The notes: a model not told the origin generated them from the sequence alone. DNA of 64,000 nt from Deltaproteobacteria bacterium (GCA_034670305.1 JAXMNT010000038.1:14178-78177); one strand, 5' to 3'. Positions 38,564 to 49,008 are shown, numbered from the stretch's first letter. Made by a program: numbers and translations.

Positions 38564-39595
38564 CTAAGTGCTGCGGGCTTCGCGGTCGGAGACGAGCGCG
38601 ACTTCGAGTTCTCGGCCGAGCGCGCCGAGGCCATCGTCGAGTGAGTCGACCTTCGCGTGTCCTGCGACTTCGGCGGCGAGCCGTGCCGCCACGCCTTCGA
38701 GTCGGCTGACGAGCGCTTCCATGCGGGCTTCGGCGACCTGGGTCTCCCCGTCGAGTTCGTCGCGGCGGGCCACCGCTTCCGTTCCGACACCTTCGATGCG
38801 CTCGCGGGACCGGCTGATTTCGAGGGCGTGGGCCCGAACCTTCTCTGCGAGTTCACCGAGTTCGGCGGCCGCTGCCACCACCGGATCGTAGGCCGGTCCG
38901 AGCCGACGGCCCTCCCGCGCAACGGCCCCCACCGCACGACGCGCGCGCCGGCTCCAGCCCGCCCACCGGTCGCGTCTGCGTCGCCGGAACCACACCAGCA
39001 GCCCGAATGTCGCAACGATTGCGCCGAGGACGACGGTCACGATCGTGGACATGGACTCGGTGCGGGGCGAAGACGTGAGGGCGGGAGACGGGAGCAGGGC
39101 GGGCGTCGCGACGGTGGGGACCGTGCGCACGAGGATCTCGATGCGGCCGCGCAGCTGGCGCACGGCCTCGCTGCGGGTTTGCAAGTTGGCGGCGGCGATG
39201 CGGGCGATGGCGAACGAGACCCGCGCATCGTGCGAGGGGAGCCGCACCACGTACGAGTGGGTGTCGACGTTTTCGCTCAGCAACGTGCTGCCTTCCGGAA
39301 GGAGCACGTACGGGCCATCGGCTTCGAAGCGCAGGTCCGGGGTTTGGCGGTGGAACGCATCCAGGGTGCTTCCGGCCGCGGGAATGGACACGGTGCCGAC
39401 CACCTCGATCGTCCGCTCGTCGTCCAAGAGATTGGAGACATCCAGGACGCTTCCGTCGAGCGGCAACTCGAGCCGCTCGGTGACGACGGTCGCCGGTTCG
39501 TCCGCCAGCGCGGGCGCGGCACCGAGCGCGAGTGCGCACACGGCGAGCGTGAGGCGCCATGCGCCTTGCCACCTCGATGCAGTCGACGGGCTCAT
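38564..39595 (-). CDS. Hypothetical exported single-pass membrane protein with coiled-coil C-terminus
   Basis: Signal peptide, transmembrane helix followed by RRRRR; overlaps the stop of the VWA gene. Confidence 0.7.
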   Translation of the reverse strand: MSPSTASRWQGAWRLTLAVCALALGAAPALADEPATVVTERLELPLDGSVLDVSNLLDDERTIEVVGTVSIPAAGSTLDAFHRQTPDLRFEADGPYVLLPEGSTLLSENVDTHSYVVRLPSHDARVSFAIARIAAANLQTRSEAVRQLRGRIEILVRTVPTVATPALLPSPALTSSPRTESMSTIVTVVLGAIVATFGLLVWFRRRRRDRWAGWSRRARRAVGAVAREGRRLGPAYDPVVAAAAELGELAEKVRAHALEISRSRERIEGVGTEAVARRDELDGETQVAEARMEALVSRLEGVAARLAAEVAGHAKVDSLDDGLGALGRELEVALVSDREARST

Positions 39596-41478
39596 CGCAT
39601 CCGCCGATCACCGAAGTAGTTCATCGCCATGACCAGGGTGTCGCGGGAGCCGCTGTCCCAGCTGCCCCAGGCGCCCTGGACGACCTGCTCGTAGCGGGCC
39701 AGCAGCGCTGCGTCCTGACGCAAGCCGTCGTCGCGCCACAGCTGCGCCGCCGCCTGCAGGAGTTCGCGGCGCTCGGTCAATGCGCGTCGGGCACTCGCCG
39801 CGTCGCCGCGCCCGAGGGCATCGGCGGCGCCTTGCAGTGCCGAGCCAGCCTGGAATGCGAGCACGGTGCGTTTCACCGGTCGGACCACCGACGCTTGGGC
39901 GCGGGCCGCGTCGGTGGTGCGCTCGGCGGTGACTTCGCGGACGACGTGGCCGTTCCGGTTTCGGATCAAGTCTTTGAAGTCGAGTGTGACCGTGGCGATG
40001 TCGCTCGTGCGGGTTCCGGCCGGAACCTCCAGCTCCATCAGGATGACGTGCTGGTCGCCGCGGCGGAACGTCGGCAAGTGGATGCGGAGACCGCGCTCTT
40101 CTTCGTTCTGGCGGTCGCGGGCGACGCCGAGTTGGCGGGCGATGCGCTGGTCGACGGCGACTTCGGTCGCGCGGACGGCGGCGTGTTCGGTCTCACTCAG
40201 CAAACGCGATCCGTACACCTTCGTGGCACGCACGCCTTCGGCGAGTTCGACCCGAACCCGCAGACCCTGCGCCACCGCTTGGGCGCGCGCCTCGAGTTCG
40301 TCTTCGAGGATGTCGGCCATGTCTTCGGGCCGGCGCACGAAGTGGTAGCTGCCGCTTCCTTCGCGGGCGATGGTGATCATCGTCTGCTCGTCGAAGTCGG
40401 TGCCGAGCCCGATGGCGGTCGTGAGCACACCCGCTCGGTCGAACGTGCGTCGGGCGACGGCGCCGAGCATCTGCACGTTGGTCTGACCGACGGTGACCCG
40501 ACCATCGGAGACCAGGAAGGTCATCCCGACGGTGCCGCCGGCGCGCGCCCGGGGGGCGTGTTGGTCGACGAGCTCGAGCGCCGCGCCGATGTTGGTGCCG
40601 CCGCCCGGAACGAGCCGGTTGATCGCGGCATGCGCCGAGCGGCGGTTGCCCACGCGGGCCGGGCGCACATCGAGCGTGGCTTCGTCCGAGTAGGTGACCA
40701 GACCGAACGTGTCCTGGGGCTGAAGCGCGTCCACGATGCTGTGGGCGGCGCGGATGGCGTGCTGCCACTTGTGGCCGTCTTGCATCGAACCGCTTCGATC
40801 GAGCACCAGACGCACATCCATCTGCGGGCGGCGCGGCATCTCTCCCTGTCGTCCGATGAGCGCGACCTGAAGATGGACTCGCTCGGTGCCGGTGGTCAGC
40901 TGAGCGCGTTCGAGCTCCGCGAACATGTCGACGCCCTGGCTGGCGGGCACCGGGTAGGGCAGCGGTTCGCGGTCGCCGAACGCTTCGATGCGGACGAGCT
41001 CGCCGCCGACCATCACGCCGCGGTCCAGCAGGTCGTCGAGTCGGGCGCGCACGCCGTTGCCGCCGACGAAGTTCGAGGCGAGCACCCCGTTCTGAGGAAG
41101 CGGCGCGGCCGGCATCGGCTGGCCGGGGGCCATCAGACGACGGGGCCTGGGGCGCGAGGCCTCCTGACGCGCGGTCCCAGTGCTGGCTGCCATGGCGGAC
41201 GCGCGGCCCACGTAGCCGGCGGCACCACCGCGCGCGCCCTGGGAGCCCGCAACGACGTCGTCGTACTCCGCCGGCGCCTCTTCCGCGACGCCGGTCTCCA
41301 TCTCGGGTTCGGCCAGGTCCGCCAGTTGTTCGGTCCCCACGGTGGCGGGCTCCTGGGCTCTGGGAAGTTCTTGAACCTCTTGAATGGTGGCCGCCGCCGG
41401 CTCGGCATCGGCGTTGAAGCCGCAACCGAGCGCCAGTACCAGACTCCAGATCCCCACGCGCGTCGTATGTTTGTTCAT
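39592..41478 (-). CDS. von Willebrand factor A domain lipoprotein
   Basis: Lipobox ALGC; MIDAS LDRSGSM; GGTNIG; SDG. Confidence 0.88.
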   Translation of the reverse strand: MNKHTTRVGIWSLVLALGCGFNADAEPAAATIQEVQELPRAQEPATVGTEQLADLAEPEMETGVAEEAPAEYDDVVAGSQGARGGAAGYVGRASAMAASTGTARQEASRPRPRRLMAPGQPMPAAPLPQNGVLASNFVGGNGVRARLDDLLDRGVMVGGELVRIEAFGDREPLPYPVPASQGVDMFAELERAQLTTGTERVHLQVALIGRQGEMPRRPQMDVRLVLDRSGSMQDGHKWQHAIRAAHSIVDALQPQDTFGLVTYSDEATLDVRPARVGNRRSAHAAINRLVPGGGTNIGAALELVDQHAPRARAGGTVGMTFLVSDGRVTVGQTNVQMLGAVARRTFDRAGVLTTAIGLGTDFDEQTMITIAREGSGSYHFVRRPEDMADILEDELEARAQAVAQGLRVRVELAEGVRATKVYGSRLLSETEHAAVRATEVAVDQRIARQLGVARDRQNEEERGLRIHLPTFRRGDQHVILMELEVPAGTRTSDIATVTLDFKDLIRNRNGHVVREVTAERTTDAARAQASVVRPVKRTVLAFQAGSALQGAADALGRGDAASARRALTERRELLQAAAQLWRDDGLRQDAALLARYEQVVQGAWGSWDSGSRDTLVMAMNYFGDRRMR

Positions 41479-41672
41479 GTTTCGTCCTCAGGGCGGACCC
41501 GTCCATTTGGGCTGAGCCGCCTCCCGGGCGTCTCGAGCCGCATCCACCGTCCGCAGAACGAGACTCACGACGGGCGGCCAGTCTTTGAAAAAAAAGACCG
41601 GGCCTTCCTGCTTGCCGAGACGGGTGGCGCGCGCCGCATGCAAGCGGCGGCGGCCTGCAGTAGGATTCGCCC

Positions 41673-43442
41673 GTGAACAACGTCCAGGCGATGCAGCGGA
41701 TCGGTGAGACGGTCGATCGCTACAAGATCGAGTCCGTGCTCGGCTCCGGCGGCTTTGGCGCGGTCTTCCGCGCGCGGCACGTCATGATGGATCGCCAGGT
41801 CGCGCTGAAGCTCCTGCACCCCTCGGCCGCGGCGAGCGACGAGATCCGCGAGCGCTTCATTCGCGAGGCCCGCACGCTCGGCAAGCTCGGTCACCCGCAC
41901 ATCATCGAGATCTACGACTGCGGCGTGACGAATGGCGGCGAGCTCTTTCTCGCCATGCAGCTGCTCGAGGGCGAAGACCTCTCCGAACGGGCCGAGAAGC
42001 ATCGTCTGACCGTGGATGCGGTCGTGGACGTGACGGTTCAGGTACTCGATGCACTCGAAGCCGCGCACGCGGCTGGCATCGTCCACCGGGATCTGAAACC
42101 GGCGAACGTCTACCTCGCGACCCAGCGCGGCCAAGAGGTCGTCAAACTTCTCGACTTCGGCATCAGCAAACTCGACGCGGGCGAGGGCACCGGCCTGACC
42201 CACACGGGGGTCGTGATGGGGACGCCCCACTACATGGCGCCCGAACTCTTCAGCGGTATGAAGGGCGCGGACCACCGCGCGGACATCTACGCCGTCGGTG
42301 TGATGCTCTACGAACTCTTCTCGGGCGGGCCGCCGCACGACGCAGCGAGTTACGAGCAGCTGGTGGTGAAGATCGCGACCACCGATCCCACCCCGCTTCG
42401 GCAGAAGTTGCCCTCGTTGCCGGAGGCGCTCCAGCAAGTGGTCGAGCAGGCGCTCCGCAGGGATCCCGACCAGCGGTTCTCGAGCGCGAAAGAGATGCGG
42501 ACCGCACTCGAGCGCGCCCGCGGTGCGTCGACCGTGCCTCTGCAGGTCGACCCATCGCTCGCGTTTGCGGCGACCGGATACTCGTCCCCCCTATCGTCGG
42601 CACCGACCGGTGCCGCCAGTGGGCCATCGGGCCCGCTCACGCCCCCACCGGCCCGCGCGCCGGTGGACATGATGGGCGGGGTCGCACCCCAGTCGACGCC
42701 GATGAGCTCAGCGTCCTTGCCTGGTCATGTGCCTGCACCCGCCATGGGGGGCAGCCCTGGCTTCGGGGGCATGCCCCAAGCGATTCCTCCGTCCTCCGAC
42801 GGCGGCGACATGACGAAGCTCGTCTGGGGCGCGACCGGCGTCCTGACGCTCCTCGTCGCCATGGGCATCGGGCTCGCGGTCTTGTCGAGCCAGGACGACG
42901 ATTCCGAGACCGCCGCTGGACCGAACTCCGGCTTCAGCGTCGATGTCAGCCCGCACACTGCGGCGCCCCACCAACCCCCCGTCGTCGACAGCATCGGTGC
43001 GAGGGGACCCATGCAGCCAGCCCAGGTGGTCGCACCGCAGCAGGTCGCGCCGCAGCAGGTCGCGCCCCAGGTCGCGGCGCCACCCGTCCAGCCCTCGATC
43101 GTGCCTCAGGCCACGAACACGCCCAGTGTTCCGGCCGCGACCGGGGGCCGCATTCGGATGCACGAACCCAACTTCGTCAGCAGCACCCCGCCGAGCAGCA
43201 GCTCCATCTTCGCGCGCTTCGAGAGTCAGCGCGCGGCACTGCAACGTTGCCGCCGCGACGTGCCGAACGTCGCGCGGGTGAGCTTGATGTTCAACAGCGG
43301 GCGGGTCTCGCTGGCCACGGCGCACGGCTCGACCGACGAGGAGGTCGGTCGTTGCGTGGCGAGCATCATGCGCGAAGCAGGACCGATCGACAGCCAAGGC
43401 TCGGGCATCATTCAGCTCGTGTTCGACCTGCCGCCAGGCTGA
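41673..43442 (+). CDS. Membrane Ser/Thr protein kinase
   Basis: LGSGGFG, VALK, HRDLKPAN, DFG, GTPHYMAPE; one transmembrane helix. Confidence 0.95.
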   Translation: MNNVQAMQRIGETVDRYKIESVLGSGGFGAVFRARHVMMDRQVALKLLHPSAAASDEIRERFIREARTLGKLGHPHIIEIYDCGVTNGGELFLAMQLLEGEDLSERAEKHRLTVDAVVDVTVQVLDALEAAHAAGIVHRDLKPANVYLATQRGQEVVKLLDFGISKLDAGEGTGLTHTGVVMGTPHYMAPELFSGMKGADHRADIYAVGVMLYELFSGGPPHDAASYEQLVVKIATTDPTPLRQKLPSLPEALQQVVEQALRRDPDQRFSSAKEMRTALERARGASTVPLQVDPSLAFAATGYSSPLSSAPTGAASGPSGPLTPPPARAPVDMMGGVAPQSTPMSSASLPGHVPAPAMGGSPGFGGMPQAIPPSSDGGDMTKLVWGATGVLTLLVAMGIGLAVLSSQDDDSETAAGPNSGFSVDVSPHTAAPHQPPVVDSIGARGPMQPAQVVAPQQVAPQQVAPQVAAPPVQPSIVPQATNTPSVPAATGGRIRMHEPNFVSSTPPSSSSIFARFESQRAALQRCRRDVPNVARVSLMFNSGRVSLATAHGSTDEEVGRCVASIMREAGPIDSQGSGIIQLVFDLPPG

Positions 43443-43467
43443 ACTTCAACGCCCGAGCGCGCTCGGA

Positions 43468-44454
43468 TCAGTCGTCGGCGTTCTGCGAGCGCGCGTACGC
43501 CAGGCCCACGTAAGGCCCCATCGGGCTCGCGAAGTTGCCGCCCACGGTGGTCAGGCGGCGACCGTCTCCGAAGATGGCGTGGAACGCGTGGAAGGTGTCC
43601 TGGTAGTCGTCGTGCACCATCTCGAGCGACGTGAAGTCGAACCGGCTGATCTGACCCTGCTCGCCCACCGCATGGATGACGTCGTCGCTGCCCATCCACA
43701 CCCCGTTGAGTCCGGGCAGCGCCGCGGGCTGCTCGCCCATCCATTCGGTTCCGTCGTACCGGTACACCCAGCCGTTGCCCCGTCCGCCGACCGCTGCGAT
43801 CCGGTTCGGCCCGGTGCCCCAGATGCTGATGAGATCCACCGAGGCGCCGATGTTCACTTCGGACCACGCCGCGCCGTCGTAGTGAAGCACCACCCCCCGT
43901 TGCCCGACCACCCAGACATCGTCGGGTCCGCTCCCCCACACCTTGAAGAACGCGAACACGTTGGCGCGTTCGAGCTCTGGCAGCACGACCGGCGTCCACG
44001 CCGAGCCGTCGTAGTGCGTCACCGTAGGCACGCCGCCGGCGAACGGGTTGCCGCCCACCGCGTAGACGTCGTCGGGTGCGGCGCCCCAGACGCCCCACAG
44101 CACCTCGGAGGTGCCCGAGTCCTGCCGGGTCCAGGACGTTCCGTCGTGGTGGAGGATCGTGCCGCCTTCCCCCACGACGAAGACATCGTCTGAACCGAAC
44201 CCGAACACCCAGTTCAAGAGCGGCAGATCGCTGAGTCCCGTGTCGAGGGGGGACCATCCGCCGGCGTTCCGATGGAAGATCGCGCCGGTCGAGGGCCGAC
44301 CTTGGCCGCCGACCGCATAGAGATCGTCCGATCCGGGCCCCCAGACGCTCAGAAGCCATTGGGAGGAGGGGTCGAAGGCGGGCGCCCAAGGTTCGCTGGC
44401 GGGGCCGGGACATCCGAGAAGACAGGTGAGGCACACCGACAAGAGAAGGCGCAT
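43468..44454 (-). CDS. Beta-propeller repeat lipoprotein
   Basis: Lipobox LLGC; repeats of VWG...DDVYAVG...HYDGxxW. Confidence 0.8.
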   Translation of the reverse strand: MRLLLSVCLTCLLGCPGPASEPWAPAFDPSSQWLLSVWGPGSDDLYAVGGQGRPSTGAIFHRNAGGWSPLDTGLSDLPLLNWVFGFGSDDVFVVGEGGTILHHDGTSWTRQDSGTSEVLWGVWGAAPDDVYAVGGNPFAGGVPTVTHYDGSAWTPVVLPELERANVFAFFKVWGSGPDDVWVVGQRGVVLHYDGAAWSEVNIGASVDLISIWGTGPNRIAAVGGRGNGWVYRYDGTEWMGEQPAALPGLNGVWMGSDDVIHAVGEQGQISRFDFTSLEMVHDDYQDTFHAFHAIFGDGRRLTTVGGNFASPMGPYVGLAYARSQNADD

Positions 44455-44523
44455 CCCCACATCCTACACACTCCCAAAGTGGGTTGGGCCGGTCGCACGC
44501 GTTCGGATGCCCGAGCACTCGAA

Positions 44524-44550
44524 CTGGAACTTGTTCTGGAACTTGTTCTG
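44524..44550. promoter_or_regulatory. Tandem 12-bp repeat of near-palindromic boxes upstream of the sterol cluster
   Basis: TGGAACTTGTTCTG occurs twice (44525-44538, 44537-44550). Confidence 0.4.
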
Positions 44551-44789
44551 ATGCGGCGCCGGACAAGCACTCTCATAACGCCCTGGAAACAAACAGCTTT
44601 TCGGCGTACTGCGGACCGTGGATCGGCTGACCTGGATCGGGCGACGGTTCGCTTCCCCGTGGCCACCGCTCGCCGGATTCCTCGCATCCGCGTGGGGTTC
44701 ACTTGCTAACTGGACCCGGTCGACCGCTGCGCGCCGTTCGGATCCGGGGGGATCCGCCGACCGCCAGCAACCGCGGCCGACCCGACATC

Positions 44790-47700
44790 ATGACGCACAC
44801 AACCCACCCTTCGATCGCCAACAGCTACGACGTCGTCGTCGTGGGCGCGGGCCCTGCTGGGGCTGCCGCCTCCGCCGGATTCGCCCGGCGCGGCGCGCGG
44901 GTGCTTCTTCTCGAAGCCAACCCCAAAGCATCGACCCGGCTCGCTGGTGAGTGGATCCACCCAACCGGGGCCGACGTGCTCGCGGGCTTCGGCCTGACCC
45001 CGCATGAAGCGACCGCGTCGCACACCCCGAGCCATGGGTTCGTGGTGTTCCCGGACGACGAGTCCGATCCGATCGTGCTTCCTTACGCCGACGGCGCGGT
45101 CGGGTTCTCGTGCGAGCACCACGATCTGGTGGAGTCGCTTCGGACCCAGGCCCACGCGCTGAGCGGCGTCACCTACCTCGAGCGGGCGCGCGTCACCGAG
45201 ATCTCGGGCGCCCGCGTCCAGTTCGCCTACGAAGGTCAGACCCGTGAGGTCCTGGCCGACCGCATCGTGGGCGCAGACGGACGCTCATCCATCGTGCGCA
45301 AGAGCCTGGGCGGTCCGACCGAAGCCGAGGTGATCTCGCACATGGCCGGCGTCGAACTCAACGACGTCGAAGTTCCGTTCGAAGGGTTTGGCCACGTGCT
45401 TCTCGGCGGACCCGGCCCGGTGCTGCTCTACCGCATCGCGCCTGGTCGCGTGCGCGCGTGTCTCGACATCGAAGTCGGTGCGCCCGGTGCCAGACGCGAT
45501 GCGAGTTACCTGTGGGAAGCGTTCGCGCCCCGCTTTCCGGCGGCGCTCCGACCCGCGCTCCGCAAAGCGCTCCGATCGCAGCGGCTCACCTGGGCATGCA
45601 ACCGGTTCTTGCCGCGTGCGTTCTACGGCGAGGGACGCGCCGCGCTCGTTGGAGACGCGGTCGGCTTCTACCACCCGCTCACCGCGAGCGGCATCAGCAT
45701 TGGGCTTCGCGATGCCGAAGCGCTCGTCCGCTCGAACGACGTGGCCAGCTACCAGTCGGAGCGCGAAGCCGCGTCCTATGTGCCGGAGCTGCTCGCGAAC
45801 GCGCTCTACCAGGTGTTCACCCGCGAAGACGCCAGTGCAGCGTCGATCCGAGCGGCCGTGTACGACGTCTGGCGCGCCAGCCCGTCGGAGCGTCAGCGCA
45901 CGATGCGGATCCTCTCCGGTTCCGAGATCCGCACCGGTCAGTTCGGCAGCGCGTTCGTACGCGTCGCCCTTCGAGCGCTTCGTTCTCAGGCGGCCGACCA
46001 GGGCGTGGCCCGTTTCGCGACCGAGCTCGGCCGCTTCCTGGAGTTCGCCCAGTGGCCTGGCGCGACGGTGGTGCCCGCAGCGATTCGCCGACGCGTCCGC
46101 CCGACCGGCACCGCGCTGCAGCCGCTCCGCGGTCTCGGCGTGAAGCCGACGCTTCCCGAGCTCCCCGAGGTGTCCAGCGCACAGACCTCCGTGACGGTCG
46201 ATGTCGACGCGTTGCTCGCGAAGGTTGCCGACGACGTGTCCCAGGCGTCCGTGATCGCGCGGCTCGCCGAACGTCTCGAGACCCACAGCCGACAGGGCGA
46301 CCTGGACGCCGTGGTGCTCGACTCCGAGTCGCTGCTTGCGATGTCCGCCGAGACGCCCGCCGACCGGCTGCACCGCGCGCGCGCACTCGCCACCACCCAG
46401 CGCCGGTACCCGGGCGCACTGGCGCGCCACATCGGGCCCGAGCTTCGCCGGATCGCCGGCCGCGTGCGCGCCGACGAAGCCGTGACGAGCCACCCGCGCG
46501 ATGTGGCCCTCGCGCTCGAGACCCTCTTTCACTGCGGTGTGCCCGTGTACGACGCGCTTTGTCGCCGGTTCATCCGCGCGCTTGGCGCCGCGCAGACCGA
46601 AGACGGAAGCTGGGGCGGTGCGGTGACCACCGCGATCGTGGCGCGCGCCCTGCTCGTGTCCGAAGCTCCGCTTTGGGCCGCCATCGAGCGGGGGCTCTCG
46701 AGCCTCGATGCATCGATCACGCTCGGGGCGGAAGCCGCCGAAGCACTGACCCTCTACCGAGCGCGCCGCGCCATGCGCCTCACCGCCCGGACCGCCCGCG
46801 CCTCCCAGGACGCTCAGCCGGCCGACCATGCGTACTGTTCCGAGGCACTGCTCGCGGTCTCGCGCAGCTTCGCGCGTCCAATCGAGATGCTGCCCGGCGA
46901 TCTTCGGAGCGCCGTCACTTGTGGCTACTTGCTCTGCCGCATCGCCGACACGGTCGAAGACCACCACGGGTTCACCAGGGACGAACGCGACGAGCGCTAC
47001 GGAACCTTCCTGTCCGCCATCGAAGGCCCGGCCGACAGCGCGCCGGTCGCGCGGTTCGAGGAACTGTTCGCAGACGTCGAAGGCGAGCCGGCCGAGATCG
47101 ACCTCTGCCGCAACCTCTCGTCGGTGTTGCGGGTGTTCCGCGCGCTGCCTGAGGCGATGCAGACCAAGACGATTCGCTGGGTCGCCGAGATGACCCGCGG
47201 CATGCAGATCTACTCGCACCGTCCGCCCGGCAGCGACGACTACACCGCGCTGCACACGGTCGAGGACCTCGAGCGCTACTGCTACTTCGTGGCGGGCACC
47301 GTGGGCCACATGCTCACCGACCTCTTCGTCGAAGAGATCGGCGAAGTCGGCACCAGCGTGGAGCACGCGCTGCGCACCGAAGCCGAAGCGTTTGGTGTTG
47401 GCCTGCAGTTCGTGAACATCCTCAAGGACGTGACCGACGACCGCGAGCGACTCGTCTCGTTCATTCCGCGGACGTCCTGTTTCAAAGAGGGGCTGCAACT
47501 CTCGCAGCTCACCGATCCAGCGCGCCGGTCCGAAGCCCACCAGGTCGTCGCGCCGCTCTTCGACATCGCCCAGGGCCGCCTCGACCGCGCCCTCAACTAC
47601 GTGCTGGCCATCCCGGCCGAACACACCGCCGTGCGGCTCTTCTGTCTGCTGCCGCTCTGGATGGCAGTTCGCACGCTGGTCCATGCGCGCGGCAACGACG

Positions 47701-47867
47701 CGATGTTCGTGACCGGTGCGCCAGTGAAGATCGCCCGCGCCGAAGTCGAACAGCTGATCGCCGACTGCATGGCGCACGTGGGTCAGGACGACCTTCTTCG
47801 CGTTCGTTACGACGCGCTCTGGCGCGCCCCACTTTCCGCCCCGCACACCCAGAGCGCCGTCCACTGA
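44790..47867 (+). CDS. Squalene epoxidase - squalene synthase fusion protein
   Basis: N-terminal: VVGAGPAG, RLAGEWIHPTG, GADG, GDAVGFYHPLTASG, LANALYQVF. C-terminal: YLLCRIADTVED, YCYFVAGTVG, GLQFVNILKD, FCLLPLWMAVRTL. One uninterrupted ORF. Confidence 0.88.
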   Translation: MTHTTHPSIANSYDVVVVGAGPAGAAASAGFARRGARVLLLEANPKASTRLAGEWIHPTGADVLAGFGLTPHEATASHTPSHGFVVFPDDESDPIVLPYADGAVGFSCEHHDLVESLRTQAHALSGVTYLERARVTEISGARVQFAYEGQTREVLADRIVGADGRSSIVRKSLGGPTEAEVISHMAGVELNDVEVPFEGFGHVLLGGPGPVLLYRIAPGRVRACLDIEVGAPGARRDASYLWEAFAPRFPAALRPALRKALRSQRLTWACNRFLPRAFYGEGRAALVGDAVGFYHPLTASGISIGLRDAEALVRSNDVASYQSEREAASYVPELLANALYQVFTREDASAASIRAAVYDVWRASPSERQRTMRILSGSEIRTGQFGSAFVRVALRALRSQAADQGVARFATELGRFLEFAQWPGATVVPAAIRRRVRPTGTALQPLRGLGVKPTLPELPEVSSAQTSVTVDVDALLAKVADDVSQASVIARLAERLETHSRQGDLDAVVLDSESLLAMSAETPADRLHRARALATTQRRYPGALARHIGPELRRIAGRVRADEAVTSHPRDVALALETLFHCGVPVYDALCRRFIRALGAAQTEDGSWGGAVTTAIVARALLVSEAPLWAAIERGLSSLDASITLGAEAAEALTLYRARRAMRLTARTARASQDAQPADHAYCSEALLAVSRSFARPIEMLPGDLRSAVTCGYLLCRIADTVEDHHGFTRDERDERYGTFLSAIEGPADSAPVARFEELFADVEGEPAEIDLCRNLSSVLRVFRALPEAMQTKTIRWVAEMTRGMQIYSHRPPGSDDYTALHTVEDLERYCYFVAGTVGHMLTDLFVEEIGEVGTSVEHALRTEAEAFGVGLQFVNILKDVTDDRERLVSFIPRTSCFKEGLQLSQLTDPARRSEAHQVVAPLFDIAQGRLDRALNYVLAIPAEHTAVRLFCLLPLWMAVRTLVHARGNDAMFVTGAPVKIARAEVEQLIADCMAHVGQDDLLRVRYDALWRAPLSAPHTQSAVH

Positions 47868-47904
47868 AAGATTTCGGCTCGTTTCGCGAGCCAGTGAGAA
47901 CACC

Positions 47905-49008
47905 ATGAAACACGCAAGCGATGCTCCCATTCTCGTGACCGGCGGCGCCGGTCATGTCGGCGCCAACCTCGTTCACCGCCTCGTCGAAGACGGCCACCGT
48001 GTGCGTGTGTTGCTGCGCGCCGGCGAGAACAACGAATCCGTGCAAGGGCTCGACGTCGAGTCCGCGATCGGCGACCTGCGCGATCCGACTTCGCTGCGCG
48101 AAGCGGTCAAGGGATGCCGCCGGGTCTTTCACGTCGCCTCGATGGTCAGCACCATCGACGGTGACGCCGACCACCGCCGCGCGATCTACGAGACCAACGT
48201 CGTCGGCACCCGTCATCTGCTCCGCGCCGCGCGCGAGCACTCGGTCGAGAAGTTCGTCCTGACGAGCTCCTTCTCTGCGGTCGGCTACGACCTCGACGAG
48301 ACCGACCAGCCCGCCCACGAAGGCATGGGGTTCTACCCGTTCCACCGCGCGATGCCCTACGAGCGCACCAAGGTGCTCCAGGAGCACGAAGTGCTCAAAG
48401 CCGTCGTCGAAGGTCTCGATGCGTGCATCGTCACGAGCTGCGCAGTCATCGGCGCGCACGACTACCTGCCGAGCCGCATGGGCCGCACGATGGCCAAGTT
48501 CGCCAACCGGAAGCTGAACGCCTACGTGCCGGGCGGCTTCGAGTTCGTCGCCGCGCGCGACATCGTGGCGGGCCACCTGCTCGGCATGGAACGCGGCCGC
48601 GTCGGACAGAAGTACGTCATCGCGAGCCAGTTCCTCACGCTCGACGACATCTGGGACATGCTCGAAGAGATCACCGGCCAGCCGCGCCCGCGCTTCAAGG
48701 TGCCGAGCGCCGCGCTCTTGCCGATCGCCGAGCTCAGCAGCTGGATGATGTACCGCATCAGCCCGCGCTTCCCCCAGCTCCTCACACCGGGCGCGATCCG
48801 GCGGCTGCAGCTCCGCCGCCACGCGGACACGAGCAAAGCCCGCCGCGAGCTCGGCTTCGTGCCGACCCCGATGGAGGAAGCGTTTGCCGAGGCCTACGCG
48901 TTCCACTTCTCGAGGGGCGCGATCACCCACCCCGAGGCCAAGAAGCCCGTTGCGCCGAAACCCTCGCGCACCGCGCCCATCCACTCCGACATCCGAATCC
49001 ACGCCTGA
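47905..49008 (+). CDS. NAD(P)-dependent extended SDR (3beta-HSD/HpnA-like; candidate SdmB-type sterol C-4 decarboxylase/reductase)
   Basis: TGGAGHVG, YERTK (YxxxK); next to a Rieske gene inside the sterol cluster. Confidence 0.8.
   Translation: MKHASDAPILVTGGAGHVGANLVHRLVEDGHRVRVLLRAGENNESVQGLDVESAIGDLRDPTSLREAVKGCRRVFHVASMVSTIDGDADHRRAIYETNVVGTRHLLRAAREHSVEKFVLTSSFSAVGYDLDETDQPAHEGMGFYPFHRAMPYERTKVLQEHEVLKAVVEGLDACIVTSCAVIGAHDYLPSRMGRTMAKFANRKLNAYVPGGFEFVAARDIVAGHLLGMERGRVGQKYVIASQFLTLDDIWDMLEEITGQPRPRFKVPSAALLPIAELSSWMMYRISPRFPQLLTPGAIRRLQLRRHADTSKARRELGFVPTPMEEAFAEAYAFHFSRGAITHPEAKKPVAPKPSRTAPIHSDIRIHA

Noticed and set aside
46830-47867. Phytoene synthase / carotenoid pathway
   Set aside because: Motifs are squalene-synthase-like, the domain is fused to an epoxidase, and no crtI-type desaturase is nearby
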